Source of the DNA: Alphaproteobacteria bacterium
GTDB taxonomy: Bacteria; Pseudomonadota; Alphaproteobacteria; Rs-D84
Reading direction: 5' to 3'
Assembly: GCA_017524525.1 (NCBI GenBank)
Contig: JAFXVM010000009.1
Span: forward strand, 3,421-67,420
Length of the DNA: 64,000 nucleotides
The notes beneath the pieces were generated by a model, which worked only from the letters and a program-made list of their open reading frames with translations, was not told the DNA's origin and searched no databases. Positions 46,558-54,697 of this stretch are shown here, one piece after another. The stretch's first letter is position 1; the number at the start of each line of letters is the position of its first letter. A program made the translations under genes and the position numbers.

Positions 46558-46736
46558 TTTTTATATCCTTTTAAGCTTTTTTGTTAATCTTTCCATCTGT
46601 GGTTTTCGCCACCGGTGGGGCTTGACTTCCTGCCCCAAAGAATTTTTCTTTGTCTATGATGGGAATTAAGTGATTATTCTCACACCATCAGTCTTGGACA
46701 GAAATCCGTTTTTATGGTGGGTTGCCCCACCATAAA
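46558..46736 (-). promoter_or_regulatory. Putative rplJ leader (L10/L12 autoregulatory region) with GC-rich hairpins
   Basis: This is a 179-nt untranslated spacer between rplA and rplJ. It contains an 8-bp stem/tetraloop atggtggg-ttgc-cccaccat (46714-46733) and ggggc...gcccc (46626-46646). The function is assigned by position only. Confidence 0.35.
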
Positions 46737-47411
46737 TTATTTTACTTCAACTTTCAGACCTGGGCCTTGAGTTGTAGCAACACTGCATCCCAAGATATAT
46801 TGACCTTTGGCAGATGCAGGTTTAACTTTTTTCAATTGTTCGATTAATGCGTTTGCATTTTCGACCAATTTATCTGTAGCAAATGACATTTTACCAATAC
46901 CAGCATGGATAATACCTTTCTTTTCAGCACGGTATTCAATTTGTCCTGCTTTCGCACTGGCAACCGCATCCGCTACGTTATTTGTGACTGTGCCCAATTT
47001 TGGATTTGGCATTAAGCCTTTTGGTCCCAAAACACGTGCAACTTTTGACATTTTTGGCATCATATCAGGTGTCGCGACAACTCTGTCGAATTCCAAAAAT
47101 CCGTTTGCAACCTTTTCAATCAATTCTTCACCGCCGACAACATCAGCGCCTGCTTTTTTGGCTTCGTCTTGAGAATTGACAGTAAATACTGCAACGCGAA
47201 CTTTTTTACCTGTGCCATTTGGCAAAGATAACATTCCACGAATGTTTTGATCAGCCTTCGCTACATCAATACCTAATCTAACTGCGATTTCCAAACTTTC
47301 ATCAAATTTAGAAGAACAAAAACCGCGCAAAGTTTCAATGGCTTCATTCAAAGGGTAAACTTTCTTTGTATCCAAAGAAGCCCAAGTTTGTTTTCTTTTT
47401 GTAACTTTCAT
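46737..47411 (-). CDS. rplA: 50S ribosomal protein L1
   Basis: 224 aa. FDESLEIAVRLGID, LPNGTGK and GPKGLMPNPK are present. Confidence 0.95.
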   Translation of the reverse strand: MKVTKRKQTWASLDTKKVYPLNEAIETLRGFCSSKFDESLEIAVRLGIDVAKADQNIRGMLSLPNGTGKKVRVAVFTVNSQDEAKKAGADVVGGEELIEKVANGFLEFDRVVATPDMMPKMSKVARVLGPKGLMPNPKLGTVTNNVADAVASAKAGQIEYRAEKKGIIHAGIGKMSFATDKLVENANALIEQLKKVKPASAKGQYILGCSVATTQGPGLKVEVK

Positions 47412-47414
47412 GAC

Positions 47415-47846
47415 TTAGCCCTCCACCTTTACGCCCATAGAACGGCATTGACCCGCAACAATGTTCATTGCTGATTCAATAGTAGAGCAATTCAAGTCAG
47501 GCATTTTATTTTTTGCGATTTCTTCAATTTGAGCCTTGGAAATTGTGCCGACAAATTCACGACCTGGTTTATGAGAACCAATTTTCAATTTCAATGCTTT
47601 TTTAATATAGTATGACACAGGTGGCAATTTCATAATAAATTCGAAACTGCGGTCTGTATAAACAGTGATTATGCAAGGAATTGGCATTCCCGGTTCTTTA
47701 TCAGCTGTTTTGTCATTAAATTGTTTGCAGAATTCTGCGATGTTAACACCAGCAGCACCCAACGCAGGTCCAATAGGAGGCGCAGGATTCGCTTGTTTTG
47801 CAGGGACCACTAATTTAACAATCCCTTTAAGTTCTTTTTTTGCCAT
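47415..47846 (-). CDS. rplK: 50S ribosomal protein L11
   Basis: 143 aa. PAKQANPAPPIGPALGAAGVNIAEFCKQFN is present. Confidence 0.95.
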   Translation of the reverse strand: MAKKELKGIVKLVVPAKQANPAPPIGPALGAAGVNIAEFCKQFNDKTADKEPGMPIPCIITVYTDRSFEFIMKLPPVSYYIKKALKLKIGSHKPGREFVGTISKAQIEEIAKNKMPDLNCSTIESAMNIVAGQCRSMGVKVEG

Positions 47847-47922
47847 TTTTTCACTCCATTTTTATTTGTTAGTGTCGTGGTGCGATGTGGCGCATCTACC
47901 ACCTTTTATTCAACCCAAAGGG

Positions 47923-48474
47923 TTAAATCTTTTCTACTTGGGCAAAATCCAATTCAACACTGGTTTCGCGACCAAATACCAAAATCGTCACTGTCATTTT
48001 TTGTTTCACATTATCAACATTCGAAGCAATACCATTAAAGTTCGCAAAAGGTCCATCGATAACATGGACTTCTTGACCTTCTTCGTAGACAGTGTCTTCA
48101 GTGACAACAGAGCCTTCTTCGACCTGTTTCAATAAACGACGCGCTTCTGCTTCACTGATAGGAATAGGCTTAGATTGGTTTTTAACCTTTTGTCCCAAAA
48201 ACATAACCACTTGGGGCATCAATTTAACCAAAGAAAAAGTTTCGTTATTCATAACCATTTGAACAACGATATAACCTGGGAAAAATTTCTTTTCTGTTTT
48301 AACACGTTTACCCGCTTTTATTTCAGAAACTTCGCGAGTTGGAACTAATATTTCTCCAAAATAAGCATTTAACTTACGTTTATCAATTTGTTCGCGCAAT
48401 TCACGAGCAACCTTGTCTTCGCAAGAAGTGTGAACATTAACGACATACCATTGCATTTTTTCTTCCATGCCCAT
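47923..48474 (-). CDS. nusG: Transcription termination/antitermination factor NusG
   Basis: The NGN start is WYVVNVHTSCEDKV and the KOW region is GQEVHVIDGPFANFNG. The exact start (48474, 48468 or 48456) is uncertain. Confidence 0.93.
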   Translation of the reverse strand: MGMEEKMQWYVVNVHTSCEDKVARELREQIDKRKLNAYFGEILVPTREVSEIKAGKRVKTEKKFFPGYIVVQMVMNNETFSLVKLMPQVVMFLGQKVKNQSKPIPISEAEARRLLKQVEEGSVVTEDTVYEEGQEVHVIDGPFANFNGIASNVDNVKQKMTVTILVFGRETSVELDFAQVEKI

Positions 48475-48490
48475 CCCCTTATATTATTCC

Positions 48491-48670
48491 TTAGAAAATC
48501 CAATTTACCAAAGCATTCAAAATACTGTCTATGATAAAAAAGAACAACGCGGCAAGCCCCGAAAACACCAATATCATTATTGTAGTATGAACAACTGTTT
48601 CGCGATTTGGCCAAACAATTTTAAACCATTCGCTGCGTACTGATTTGATAAAATCTATTACTTTTTTCAT
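48491..48670 (-). CDS. secE: Preprotein translocase subunit SecE
   Basis: MKKVIDFIKSVRSEWFKIVWPNRETVVHTTIMILVFSGLAALFFFIID is a single-TM SecE. The ORF track extends to 48700, but I prefer the internal ATG. Confidence 0.85.
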   Translation of the reverse strand: MKKVIDFIKSVRSEWFKIVWPNRETVVHTTIMILVFSGLAALFFFIIDSILNALVNWIF

Positions 48671-48710
48671 ATATTTTCCCAATTTGCCGTGTGTTATCAA
48701 TATGCTTTTT

Positions 48711-48784
48711 TGGCAGGGGCTAAAGGAATCGAACCCTTATCCGCGGTTTTGGAGACCGATATTCTACCGTTGAACTAAGCCCCT
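48711..48784 (-). tRNA. tRNA-Trp (anticodon CCA)
   Basis: The 74-nt minus-strand sequence AGGGGCT-TA-GTTC-AACGGTA-GAAT-A-TCGGT-CTCCAAA-ACCGC-GGATA-AGGGT-TCGATTC-CTTT... folds as a cloverleaf ending AGCCCCT-G-CCA. It sits upstream of secE, as is usual. Confidence 0.92.
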
Positions 48785-48987
48785 TTTACAACTTTTTTTG
48801 CACCGACCTCCATAACATACCACGGCAGTTTTCCGCCGTTTCATATTGATAATCGGTGAAAGCATAGCACACCAATATTAAAAATCAAGCGGAAATATTA
48901 TAATGTTTAAAAAAAATTATAGCAAGCAAAAAAAGCGCCATTGTTTATTACTGTCGAAATTAAGTTTTATTTTTTTGTATTTTTTAC

Positions 48988-49017
48988 TTGCACTGATTAA
49001 ATAAAATTGTCTACAAT
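48988..49017 (+). promoter_or_regulatory. Candidate sigma70-type promoter for the virB8-10 operon
   Basis: TTGCAC (48988-48993), an 18-nt spacer and TACAAT (49012-49017) are followed by an AGGAG RBS at 49033 and a GTG at 49043. Confidence 0.3.
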
Positions 49018-49042
49018 CGTTCCATATAATGTAGGAGTCGGT

Positions 49043-49750
49043 GTGGCAAAGATAGTAGAACCGCCAGTTTTGATGTCCAGAGTGTTGACCTTTGTGTTGG
49101 CCACGTCTGCTGTCGTGCTGATGGCGTTGTTGGTCACATTGTTCAAAATGATTCCTTTGGAAAGACCAGAAGTGTTCTTTTTGTTTACACCTACGCGTTC
49201 GACAAATGTCGTTATTGAACCGCTGTCTTTGGATGCGAATGACAAAAAAGCAATCGAAAATTACCAAGAAGGCTTTATCCGCGAATATGTTATTGCCAGA
49301 AATACACTATACACAAACATAAGTTTGACACGTAATAATTGGGCAAAGGTCGTTAAACCTTGGTCCAGCGCAAAAGTCTTTAATGCACTGTCAAAAACAG
49401 CGATATACAAAAACTATAACTTTGACGACCAGCCAAATATTGTTTCTTGCACAGTTAATTTTTCAACAAACAATCGTGATCGCGCAATCATAAGGACAAA
49501 AAACTATTCTGCGAACAATAATGAATACACTGTCAATTTTACATGGATTTGTGAAAATATTGGTGGACAGACCACGCAAAAAAATTATAAGATACAAATA
49601 AAGGTACAATCAGATTTGAACAAAGACGCATCGAATGTATTGACTAACCTTGAAAAATTAAACTTGAATCCTTTGGGAATCCAAGTCACAGAATACAAGG
49701 TTTTAAGCGCAAACGGTGATCCGTTAAATTTGGATGTAAAGTCTTGGTAA
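49043..49750 (+). CDS. virB8: Type IV secretion system protein VirB8
   Basis: It has a single N-terminal TM helix (VLTFVLATSAVVLMALLVTLF) and a periplasmic domain ending in the VirB8 NPxG motif (LNLNPLGIQVTEYKV). The start is set at GTG 49043, 5 nt after AGGAG. The ORF track start is 49007. Confidence 0.7.
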   Translation: MAKIVEPPVLMSRVLTFVLATSAVVLMALLVTLFKMIPLERPEVFFLFTPTRSTNVVIEPLSLDANDKKAIENYQEGFIREYVIARNTLYTNISLTRNNWAKVVKPWSSAKVFNALSKTAIYKNYNFDDQPNIVSCTVNFSTNNRDRAIIRTKNYSANNNEYTVNFTWICENIGGQTTQKNYKIQIKVQSDLNKDASNVLTNLEKLNLNPLGIQVTEYKVLSANGDPLNLDVKSW

Positions 49751-49781
49751 AAAAAAGATTTGAAAGGTAAGGATTACAAAG

Positions 49782-51257
49782 ATGAAACTTATGAACGTAT
49801 GCAAATTAAATATATCATTACTTGCAATCATATGTTGCACCAGTCCTTGTTTGGCTGCTGGATATCAGGCTGCGTGGGATAACCCAAATGCAAACATGAC
49901 CAGTGGTTCTACAAAGCCAGGTTATGCAAATCTTACTTGGTCCACTGGAACAGTATTGCCAATCAAAATGCGTGCTGATATGGCAACGTTGGTGACTTTG
50001 CCAAATGGCGAAAAGATTGCTGATGTAGTTATGGGTAATGATGGATTGTTCAGTTTTTCTGGTAATCCTGGCGATCAATCAATGTATATAACACCTGCGG
50101 ATGACAATCGTGGCAGTGATACTAATATGATTGTCACTGGACAGTCTGGAAATAAATACATATTTTATTTGCGCGCATATCCAGTCAATTCAAATGAAAT
50201 TACATATTCCCAAGTTGATATAACTGCTGATAATGGTCAAAGCATACAGACATTTGGCAGCACATCTTCGTCATCTGGAACAATGGGGTCTGTGTTCAAA
50301 AAGACAGCACAAAAGCCGTCAACTATCGGTGTCGATGGTGAAGATTATGGTTGGATAAAAACAATGAAAATTGACCCTTCGGAATTTCGTTTCGATTTAG
50401 ATATATTCGTTCCAAATCCAGACGATTATGTAATTGCACCTGAACGCGTATGGAGAGATAGAATCTTTACTTACATTGATTTCGGCGACAAAGTTATTTC
50501 TATGACACAAAGACCTGTGGTTTCTTTGTTGGTCGAAGGTGGCGAAAGTCCTGTGGGATTCCGTACAGACGGTGAAGACGGTCGTTTATTGATTGTAGAA
50601 GCTGTGGGCGATATGGTTTTACGCAGCGGACAAAGAATTGTTTGTATCAAAAAACGTGAAAAACCGTTCTTGATTGCTGATACTGCTTCGGTTATGGCTT
50701 TGGCAGAAGCAAATGTTGCACAATCTATGGCGGCAAATCAATCTTTGAATACAATTGCTTATACTGATGAACAATATGCAATTAATGCAAACATAAATGA
50801 TTATACTGCGACACCAACTATGGTTTACAATCAACCAAATCCAACCATATACGCAACAGCACCTGTGTCTGGTGGCACAAATATGGTTTCTGGGGCACGC
50901 ACAACAGCGGGTTCGTATTTACCACAGACAAACATTCCTTTGATTACCAGCAACCAATCTGGTGTAGCGGTAGAATTACAGTCTGATACATCTATTAAAA
51001 AATTAAATGATTATTGGACTGATTTGCTGGCAAAGTTCAGTGGTGATGATGGGGTTGGAATTTTGACTCCGTATCAAAACAGCGTCTTTTTCGCAGTAGA
51101 CGAACAAGGTGTTGGTGAACTGGGGTCTAGTTCTGCTACCGCACGTTTGTATCGTTTACGTATTGGTCCGCTGGCTGATATAGATACAGCGCAACAGTTA
51201 TGTGATCAGTTGTTAAAATTCAGTGGTGCAAGTTGTCATGTAGTAAGAATACAATAA
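49782..51257 (+). CDS. virB9: Type IV secretion system protein VirB9/TrbG-like with a C-terminal SPOR-like extension
   Basis: A signal peptide is present. The VirB9 N-domain pattern is TLVTLPNGEKIADVVMGNDG...NKYIFYLRA. The C-domain pattern is IAPERVWRDRIFTYIDFGD...RPVVSLLVEGGESPVGFRTDG. About 200 extra aa end in ARLYRLRIGPLADIDTAQQLCDQLLKFSGASCHVV. Confidence 0.75.
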   Translation: MKLMNVCKLNISLLAIICCTSPCLAAGYQAAWDNPNANMTSGSTKPGYANLTWSTGTVLPIKMRADMATLVTLPNGEKIADVVMGNDGLFSFSGNPGDQSMYITPADDNRGSDTNMIVTGQSGNKYIFYLRAYPVNSNEITYSQVDITADNGQSIQTFGSTSSSSGTMGSVFKKTAQKPSTIGVDGEDYGWIKTMKIDPSEFRFDLDIFVPNPDDYVIAPERVWRDRIFTYIDFGDKVISMTQRPVVSLLVEGGESPVGFRTDGEDGRLLIVEAVGDMVLRSGQRIVCIKKREKPFLIADTASVMALAEANVAQSMAANQSLNTIAYTDEQYAINANINDYTATPTMVYNQPNPTIYATAPVSGGTNMVSGARTTAGSYLPQTNIPLITSNQSGVAVELQSDTSIKKLNDYWTDLLAKFSGDDGVGILTPYQNSVFFAVDEQGVGELGSSSATARLYRLRIGPLADIDTAQQLCDQLLKFSGASCHVVRIQ

Positions 51258-51262
51258 AAAAC

Positions 51263-53689
51263 ATGGTAAATATAAAACAACATTTTGAAGATTTTCGAAA
51301 TAACACACCAAAACACGTTCAATGGTTATTGATGGGTGTGGCGTTCTTGGTTGTTATTATATTGTTAACCCTGTTGTTAACTGGCAAATCGAAAAACAAT
51401 GCAGATGTTTCTGTTTCCGAAGTTAATCAACCCGTGTCTTTTGAAGTAGAACCAGAAACCGTGAAATTGCAGGATATCAAAGTTGGCACTTCTTCAAGCG
51501 AAATCGTCACTATTTCTGTGGATTCACCCATAGTAATAACAAGTATAGAAATAGACGCAGAAGGATTTTCTGTTCCAAACGATTGTACAGATACTGTTGT
51601 TGATAGTGCTTGCACTATCAAAGTGGTTTACAAACCTGCGAAAGCCAATGACAAAGCAAAAACAAAAATAACTGTCACGTGGCATGTCAAAGATCGTGAA
51701 GAAAATTTAAAAACGGAAGAGATTCCTGTCCTGTACAGTGCTTTTGAAGAAAAAGTTGAACCAGTTGAAGTTGTTGAACCAGAACAGGAACCAGAACAAG
51801 TCGAAGAAGACGAAGAAGATTTTGTGTTTGAAGACGAACCAGAGATGGACGTCAAAGAAGAATTAACACAAATCGCTGTTCCAAATCCTTTTGTGGATAA
51901 CACCCCAAAAGAAGTGGCACCATTAGTTCCACCAAAGAAGTGTTCTGAATTTGCAATTCCTGGTTATGATGTTGCGGGTAATCAAATCGGTTGGATTAAA
52001 CCTGAACATGGTGCGAATTATTTTTATCCGTTCGCAGACAAAGAATGTGCTAATCCAACTGGCAAATACAACCCCGAAACAGGCGTTATAACATCTTTAA
52101 CGGATGGTTCTAAGATTGGAACAGATTCTGATCATATTGGATACAGAAAGGTGCGTGATAGAAATTTTGCTTTGCCGAAATTATCTTTGCCAAAAATAGG
52201 CAATGCGTCTTTTGCAAAAAATGGTCAGTTTGACAGCAACGCTGAATGGGGCGTTGGTGGTAGCACATATTGGAGCGGTAAAAAATTTGATAAGACTGCA
52301 ACCAAACAAATTGACAAAGAAACTCTTATGGGCTCTGCAGCAGAAGTAGAATCTGTCACTTCTTCGCGTCCGTACGACAGAACATTTATACTGCGTCAAT
52401 TTAAACCAATTCCTGCAACTATTGTTTCTGAAGTCCGCGCAGACCCAAGTGTTTATGGTTGCAACAAAGCGGGGCAAGCTTGCGACCAAGAAAAAAATTA
52501 TAGCATTCCTGTGCGTGCAACTGTGGACAGAAATGTTTATTCAGATGATGGGCGCACAATTATATTGCCAGCTGGGACTTTGTTAATGGGGTATTTAAGC
52601 GGTGATTTACCAGGACCGTATCAGGCATTTGGTCGTATGAATATTAAATGGTATCAATTTATTCGTCCTGATGGTGTGGAATTCAATTTTACAGACGGTC
52701 AAGATCCTTATTCTGGTGATGCCCAAGGTCGTATGGGCGTTCCAGGACATGGCAGCACAGACTATGTAGAACAAATGGTTATGCCGATATTAACTTCGTT
52801 GGTACCTGCGGCAGTTAATATGATTGCACCAATTACCGATACAGTTATAAATCAAATTGATTTGGATAATAATACAATTGTGCAATCTGGAACTATTCGT
52901 TCGTCTGAAATGGCAAAGCAAGATATTATTAATACTTGGAACAAAATTACTCAAAAGTTATTGGTTGATTCAATTAATAATACTGTCCCGCCTTTCTCTA
53001 TTGCAGCAGGAACACGTATCAATGTATTTTCACCAGTTGATTTAATTGTATCTTGTGAAGATGTTGCAGGTAAGAAATGTTCGGTAATAACGTATGGTAA
53101 AAATCCACGTCGTAAATGGTCTGATTTGAAAAAAGTGACATTTGTAGAAAAAACGGATTCATCATGGATTGGACAAATTCGTTCCTTTAATTTGACGAAA
53201 TATTGCGCTTATGATGAAAAGAAAAACAAGGTGACGGTTGGTAATAATTGGGACGAATCTGGTTATGATTATAGAACCGTGTTGGCATATTGCGAATCAC
53301 AAAATTATCAAGCAATTAATAACGCTAAAAATGATGCATACAGTAAAAATGTTCAAGCCCAGGCAGATAAGAAAAAGGCAGAATATGGTATTACGCAAAA
53401 CTGGGATCCAATTGATGGTTTGACGACTGAGTTTGATGATGCCGAAAAAGAACAACAATACAACGAAGAAGTTCTTGGTTTGAAATATGATGACGAAGGC
53501 AATATCATAAACCCATTTACAAAAAACGTGAATTCCGCCCAAGATGATATGTTAACTTGCGATGATGGAAAAGCGCCTGATGAAAACGGATGTTGTACAG
53601 GTGAAATATTTACCGATATGGGCGAAGATGGTTGGAACTGTTGTCCAGATACTGGTGGCGATTGTTTCCCACCTTTAACGATGGAATAA
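51263..53689 (+). CDS. virB10: Type IV secretion system protein VirB10/TrbI-like, unusually long (808 aa)
   Basis: An N-terminal TM helix is present (WLLMGVAFLVVIILLTLLLTG). The TrbI/VirB10 core shows IPVRATVDRNVYSDDGRTIILPAGTLLMGY...GRMNIKWYQFIRPDGVEFNF...GDAQGRMGVPGH. There is an extra N-terminal beta-rich segment, an acidic linker and a Cys-rich C-terminal extension. Confidence 0.8.
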   Translation: MVNIKQHFEDFRNNTPKHVQWLLMGVAFLVVIILLTLLLTGKSKNNADVSVSEVNQPVSFEVEPETVKLQDIKVGTSSSEIVTISVDSPIVITSIEIDAEGFSVPNDCTDTVVDSACTIKVVYKPAKANDKAKTKITVTWHVKDREENLKTEEIPVLYSAFEEKVEPVEVVEPEQEPEQVEEDEEDFVFEDEPEMDVKEELTQIAVPNPFVDNTPKEVAPLVPPKKCSEFAIPGYDVAGNQIGWIKPEHGANYFYPFADKECANPTGKYNPETGVITSLTDGSKIGTDSDHIGYRKVRDRNFALPKLSLPKIGNASFAKNGQFDSNAEWGVGGSTYWSGKKFDKTATKQIDKETLMGSAAEVESVTSSRPYDRTFILRQFKPIPATIVSEVRADPSVYGCNKAGQACDQEKNYSIPVRATVDRNVYSDDGRTIILPAGTLLMGYLSGDLPGPYQAFGRMNIKWYQFIRPDGVEFNFTDGQDPYSGDAQGRMGVPGHGSTDYVEQMVMPILTSLVPAAVNMIAPITDTVINQIDLDNNTIVQSGTIRSSEMAKQDIINTWNKITQKLLVDSINNTVPPFSIAAGTRINVFSPVDLIVSCEDVAGKKCSVITYGKNPRRKWSDLKKVTFVEKTDSSWIGQIRSFNLTKYCAYDEKKNKVTVGNNWDESGYDYRTVLAYCESQNYQAINNAKNDAYSKNVQAQADKKKAEYGITQNWDPIDGLTTEFDDAEKEQQYNEEVLGLKYDDEGNIINPFTKNVNSAQDDMLTCDDGKAPDENGCCTGEIFTDMGEDGWNCCPDTGGDCFPPLTME

Positions 53690-53695
53690 TCTAAA

Positions 53696-53722
53696 ATAGT
53701 CCTCCAAGGAGGATTATTTTTT
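53696..53722 (+). terminator. Rho-independent terminator after virB10
   Basis: A 9-bp stem atagtcctc/gaggattat with a caag loop is followed by a T-run. Confidence 0.7.
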
Positions 53723-53905
53723 ATAAAAATTTATAAAAAACCGATTCGATTGAGTTTTTTTAAAAACGCATTTCGAATCGGTTTTTCGATTCGGCTTTCT
53801 ATTTATAGTTGTATCGTTTTACACGATTCAATTTTTATTTTACGTTTTATTGTGTCTTAAAATCAAACGACACTTAAAAAATATATTCAAACAAAGGAGA
53901 AAAAT

Positions 53906-54259
53906 ATGTTGAAAAACACTTTAAAAAATGCGGATGTACAAAATTTTGAAAAATTTCAAAATGAAGAACAACTTTGGTTTTGGTTTATATATTCTAAATC
54001 TGTACAAAACAATTTTAATCGTAATCGTTCTTCTATGCGACGACCATGCGAATTATTAGACGTAGAAACATTGATTACTAAACTTTATTTATGTGGGAAA
54101 TTAACTGATGAACAATTAGAAGTCATGAAAAAATTCGGCGACAAAAGACGCGCTCCACACCAATATATTTACAGCGAAAATAAATCTGCTGCATTGTGGA
54201 AATCTGCAATGGATGTTTTAAAAACTTACGCACACCAAAAGGGTTGGTTGGTAGATTAA
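53906..54259 (+). CDS. Hypothetical 117-aa protein
   Basis: The ATG is preceded by AAGGAGA. No domain recognised. Confidence 0.5.
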   Translation: MLKNTLKNADVQNFEKFQNEEQLWFWFIYSKSVQNNFNRNRSSMRRPCELLDVETLITKLYLCGKLTDEQLEVMKKFGDKRRAPHQYIYSENKSAALWKSAMDVLKTYAHQKGWLVD

Positions 54260-54331
54260 ATCTTTATTTCTGATTTACAGGGATAACGAGAGATAAATCA
54301 GAAATATTATAAAAAAACCAAAGGATAAAAA

Positions 54332-54673
54332 ATGATATTATATATAGGTTTTTCTTTGACCAGTCATAAATTACATGCGCATATTTTGTGTCGTACATAT
54401 AAACACTGCGCACCCGTTATCGTGACACATAACAAAGCCATAATTTATCAATTTATTAACCCAAAAAGCATAGTTCCTATACAAATACGAAAACAAGATT
54501 TAGAACGGTTAAAATCTTTTGGCTGGATTTTTATAAAATACAAATCAAACATACTTCAAAGAGACATTTTAAAAATTCACGCTATGACCTGTGTTCAGTT
54601 TACTAAGCAAGTATGCCATATAAAAAACATATATATCCAAACGCCTGATGCTTTGCTGCGATATTTAAAATAA
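54332..54673 (+). CDS. Hypothetical 113-aa protein
   Basis: The ATG is preceded by AAAGGA. No domain recognised. It is His/Cys-containing and basic. Confidence 0.45.
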   Translation: MILYIGFSLTSHKLHAHILCRTYKHCAPVIVTHNKAIIYQFINPKSIVPIQIRKQDLERLKSFGWIFIKYKSNILQRDILKIHAMTCVQFTKQVCHIKNIYIQTPDALLRYLK

Positions 54674-54694
54674 AAAAAACGCCCAAACGGGCGT
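54671..54694 (-). terminator. Rho-independent terminator after yidC
   Basis: On the minus strand, acgccc-gttt-gggcgt is followed by a T8 run, directly after the yidC stop. Confidence 0.7.
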
Positions 54695-54697
54695 TCC

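Noticed and set aside
48917-49267. Minus-strand ORFs (116 and 82 aa) upstream of and overlapping virB8
   Set aside because: They overlap the predicted virB8 promoter, RBS and N-terminus. Their His/Arg/Gln-rich composition has no motifs, so the plus-strand VirB8 frame is preferred.
53906-54673. Whether the ORFs after virB10 are truncated virB11/virD4
   Set aside because: There are no Walker A/B motifs, and their sizes (117 and 113 aa) are far too small. They are treated as unknown proteins instead.
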